From: Lingula anatina
Taxonomy: Eukaryota; Animalia; Brachiopoda
Reading direction: 5' to 3'
Assembly (NCBI GenBank): GCA_051362555.1
Contig: CM120646.1
Location: 2,542,001 to 2,606,000 of the forward strand
Length of the DNA: 64,000 bases
Part shown: positions 59,801-64,000 of the stretch, piece after piece
Numbering within the stretch: the first letter of the stretch is position 1
Layout of the letters: every line of letters begins with the position of its first letter
The notes under the pieces: generated by a model
What the model was told of the DNA's origin: nothing
Seen by the model: only the letters and a program-made list of their open reading frames with translations
The model's database searches: none
Translations under genes and position numbers: made by a program

Positions 59801-60216
59801 ATAATATCTTATATTACCTGAAAATTAGAAATGACAACAGTTTAATTACAATTTTCTGATCTCGGAAGGAAATTACTTTGACAATTTGCTCCAAGAGATG
59901 TTAGATTAAATAAAAAGATATGACATGAAATGAGGAGGTTTTATGTACAAATGTGTTTTAAAAATACATTATCACATTGACACACACACACTCAGATAAT
60001 ATACAGCTGTTTTTAATATCACAACATATATTTCATAATTATCGGTTCAGAAAACACCTCTACCTGTTATATACTGATTCACTTTGATTTTCTTTCAAAT
60101 TTAAATTTTAACAATTTTTAATTTTGTATACAGCCAACTAAAATTTCTGGAGTTTCTAGAGTAAATGAAATCCTAGTTTTAAAAAATCAACATGGCTTGG
60201 TTGAGAGTTAATGTTT

Positions 60217-60374
60217 TTATGGTCGTCTTGACAGCATCTCATTGATTCCTTGACTTAAACAATCAATACGGTCTAAACATTTCTGAAATAAAAATAATAA
60301 GATGAAATAAATAAATATGTTTTTAAATAGAATAAATATATATATCATTAATAACAATGTGTCATTCAGTTGCA

Positions 60375-60462
<88 letters not shown>

Positions 60463-63287
60463 TTTTCCTTCTCTGTGTTTAAGACTGGGTTTTGTAAGGC
60501 AGAAAAAAGAACTATTAGCAGACCCACCTGTACTTTGGTAACCAAGGTTTTCCTCCGCAATCTGCCCTCATTGTGAGACTCAGGTATGCTAATGGAGTCC
60601 AACCTCTCCAGAATCCTCATATAGTCTTCTGTGCACATGCCTAGCCTCTTGCTCAGCTTGGCCAGTGCTTCCCCCTTCAGGTCCTTGGGGAAGTAATTCT
60701 AAAAGAAAATTATAAGAAGACTTTATTATAATGAGATAATACAGGGCTTGACAGCTACTTTTTTCTCCACTGTCCCTTTTGGGCCAGTGAGGTCTGGTAA
60801 ATATAACAAGGGTTACTTGGTGCTTTAAATTTTACTTGCCCTTCTGGACAGTAATCCCCTGTGATTCACTGGCCATGAGATGGGTTTTCATTGCTCCGGC
60901 CCAGAGGTCCAACTTCATGTCCAGCCCCGTAACAGTTTCACTGGATTTGTACACTGTTATAATTATAATTTTGAAACAAATATTTCAGGAAAAATGTATC
61001 TATACTTATTTCCATCAATTTTAAATTTCACCAAGATGTGATCACAAAACACAGAGGAAAGGAGATTGTTGACACATTTCTACATGCACAAAGGTACTTA
61101 AGGCCAGCAAAGATATCCACAGTTAAACTACTGTAGCCATTTGACTATACTTTGTATATTCCAGGCCCTTAGCCAGCAATTTAAAAGTTAAGGGATTTTT
61201 CTGAAAAAGTGGACTTTTTACCATGAAACTCTCATGCACCTAGATTAAAGTGCATCAGAACAGAGCTTTTCCCAGCAAAAAGGGAAGGTTCCTTGAACCC
61301 CCCCCCTCATCTACTGGCCTATATTCTGTAAATATTAAGGGCATATTACTACAGGGGCAGATCTACAGATCTTTTCTGACAGTCTTATCTTTGTTGATCC
61401 ATGCTCCATTTTTTACCATCTGACATAAAAATTAGATGCTTGTCCATGTAAAGTTGAAAAATTCTGATCTTCTATACAAACACTGTGGTTTCCCTTACCC
61501 TGTGTATACCATCCAACTCCAGTGTTATCTCACTCTGCTTCTTCTCTGTCTTTTCTTGTGCTTTTTCCACTGTTGACAGTTGGTTCAAAATTGCATCCTC
61601 AAATGGACTCGGCTTAACAAAACAAGGAAGACAATGTGTCAGTAAGACTACTGTAACAAGATCTGAGGGGTAATTAAGCTGATTGACATGTAAGTGAATT
61701 ATCCCTAAGCTGCTCGGGGAGGTGTGTCAGAAAGATAAGCTGATAAAATAAATTGCACTTTAGCAAGAATCCCCTGCATATAAAAAGAAAGGGATACACA
61801 TGAAATAAGGCAGTGTCATGTTCATGCATGAAGTTGACACCACCTGAGTATATTGTGAAAAACTTTTTTTCCTGATAGAAAACTAAATTTTAACTGTTTT
61901 AACACTGAAGTGCACTTGTTTCTAAACAACAAGTCGAAGATCAATGGAATGTAAATGACACAGAAACTCATGTTGCTTACCTTTTTGCCAATAAGCATTA
62001 TTTTTGAATCTTGCTTCATTCCAAGTTTACTCAGATGTTCTGATGGGTCTTTGAGGGATTTTCCTGAAATAATGGCAACAGAATTGAAATGCAAATGGTT
62101 TCTTTATAATGCTGTTTCTAAGTCCATTAAAAATAGGGTCAAATATTATCATATATTCAGAAAAAAAAGCATAAGATCATTCATGGTTCCAAATTTTTTT
62201 GTTTACTGACATTTAAATAGTTGTTTTACTGCAATTTTTTTCTTCTTTGTGAACCAAATGAGTGACTGCTATCACTGAAATGTCATTAAATTAATTCTCT
62301 TCCTTTGAAATGATATCTCCATCTTAACCATCTGTTAGCACCATTATTAAATAAAAACAAAATTAAAATTAAATACAAAATTAAATAAAAACATTTCCAG
62401 GTCTAGCCCACCTTTGAAAATAAGTCTCTGTCCTGGGATGGGGACTCCTGTGGCTATGAACACCTCTTTGGCCAGGTGTCTCACTGTCAGGACATCCCCA
62501 GCTTCTTCAGTGGGCAAAGCCAACAACAGGTTGTGGTGACTTTGTCCTGAATAAAAAGTATTATCTTTTACAATTCTATTTATTTATTTATTTATTTATT
62601 TATTGTACTCAAACTGCTTGTTATACCAGTAGAGTTGTCTTAGTCTACCAAATTTGTCTACCATCTTGAATAAATTGGTTTCGTATTTTATAAAATTTGT
62701 TCCAAATATTAACCAACTGGATTGCTACTGTATTTATTGACAAGAGTGGTATTCTTAAATCATCTTATGAAGAATTTTGATTCATTAGCTAACCACGATG
62801 ACAGTCAAGTGTGTACTGTCTTCCTACATCCTTCACGTACAGTACAAATGTACATGGACCCCAGTGCTGTTTACATTATATACTGTACTGTATAATTTAC
62901 ATTAATCTCACATCTCACATCACTTGGCACATTTTTTCTTGGCAAAACCATATTCTGGAAGTTCCAGATAGGGCAACTGTCTCGCCTACTTCAGACTTTC
63001 TGACAGCCACAATTACAGTTTTTATACTGTGTCCAATGCTCAAATTTAGGCCCGTCTCCACGGTAGAACAAGATACATGTACCTTGTACAGTAGGCAAGA
63101 AAACATCTTGGAGCCGACACCAGTTTACATTATTGTCACGTCTTCGTCTCAACATCATGATATTATTTATGTCGCCTACAGAACACACCTATAAACAAAG
63201 GCACAATTACAAGCAATTTGGATGTTAAAAACAATATTTACCATGAACAAGTTTAAGTCGTAACTCGTTCACTCCGTCCGCTGCCAT
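60217..63287 (-). CDS. BAG1: BAG family molecular chaperone regulator 1 (ubiquitin-like + BAG domain), 6 exons, 204 aa
   Basis: Exons 63242-63287, 62412-62546, 61981-62063, 61499-61612, 60528-60698, 60217-60282 with matching phases; TGVPIPGQRLIFKGKSL...KIMLIGKK and EDYMRILERLDSI...RRKTLVTKVQKCLD. Confidence 0.93.
60375..60466. repeat. poly-A, (TA)n, poly-T simple repeat
   Basis: Direct reading. Confidence 0.95.
61162..61321. mobile_element. Older copy of the 2451-2617 MITE family
   Basis: caggcccttagccagcaattt...ctgaaaaagtggac...ctactggccta flanked by TATTC on both sides. Confidence 0.75.
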
Positions 63288-63529
63288 TTCTTATCTCAAA
63301 ATCCTAAATCACTAATGACGACGGAGGGTACTAACATTGACGTAAAAGAAACATAAGCAACCTGAGCACTTTACATGACACAGTAACATATACTTGTTCA
63401 AAATTAGCTATTTTGAGTAACATTAATGGTATGAGTGTTCATATTTTTTGCTGAAAAATCCTAATTTTATAGTTTTATGGGGATGATGAGGATGATGTTG
63501 TTATAGTATCCATTTACGATAGTTTGAAG
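63288..63529. promoter_or_regulatory. Probable bidirectional promoter
   Basis: Only 242 bp between two divergent start codons; CRE-like TGACG motifs present. Confidence 0.55.
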
Positions 63530-63785
63530 ATGGCGGATGTTTTAAAAGACTGCATTTCGAATTTGAAGACATTAATCCGTAATTCACACTTTCTTGGAGA
63601 ACAGTTAGAGTCCATCAATGTGTTAGTAAGTATTTCCATGTTCATATTTAGAGGTGGGTTATGTTTCCATTAAGCACTACAATTGCTTGTTCTCTGATGC
63701 TTAGTATTTTATAATTTTTCCACGTCTCTCTTCGGTCTCTATCTATTTTCACTTTCTTCAGCTTTCGGTCTTACATGCTACGCAG
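63530..63785 (+). CDS. First two coding exons of an unidentified gene, continuing beyond the window
   Basis: aagATGGCG start; 63530-63625 MADVLKDCISNLKTLIRNSHFLGEQLESINVL then gtaagt; 63762-63785 LSVLHATQ with ttcttcag/gtaagt. Confidence 0.7.
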
Positions 63786-64000
63786 GTAAGTGCTCCTTTC
63801 ACCCTCTGTCAGAAACTCTCGAGAAAAGCTGTGAATTCACGTATAAATGGTAGTATTTCTTTTATGCTTGGAATAAAAAGATCTAAAATCCAAATTGCCA
63901 TGTGATGGAGGGCACAGAGTTATCGAGTAAGGGATATAAAATCTGGTACTCATGTTTATGTCAGTCTCAGGATGTGGATATTTGTAGCCTCAAGAGCTTG

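Noticed and set aside
60366-60638. ORFs with YIYIYI, FFFF or KKKK runs
   Set aside because: Simple-repeat read-through; only 60528-60698 is a real BAG1 exon

Overview
AT-rich animal (probably invertebrate) genomic DNA, not prokaryotic. The main host feature is a ~46 kb minus-strand gene (ATG at 53690, stop at 7667) that the ORF track largely misses because it is split into many small exons. By manual reading it has an N-cap ankyrin exon, 18 single-ankyrin-repeat exons (99 or 96 bp, all phase 0-0, one with an in-frame stop), a C-cap exon, a death-domain exon, and a probable terminal exon encoding a duplicated ~68-aa unknown module (about 859 aa if the stop exon is skipped). The ankyrin exons arose by recent tandem duplication of exon+intron cassettes and of 4-exon blocks, and they vary mostly at predicted ligand-contact positions. 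This suggests a modular, DARPin-like sensor joined to a death domain, with NF-kB-like motifs upstream. The introns hold two Gypsy and two BEL/Pao LTR retrotransposons, several MITEs and LINE/Penelope remnants. At the right end are a complete 6-exon BAG1 gene (minus strand) and the first two exons of an unidentified divergently transcribed gene. All coordinates were read by eye; no searches were run.
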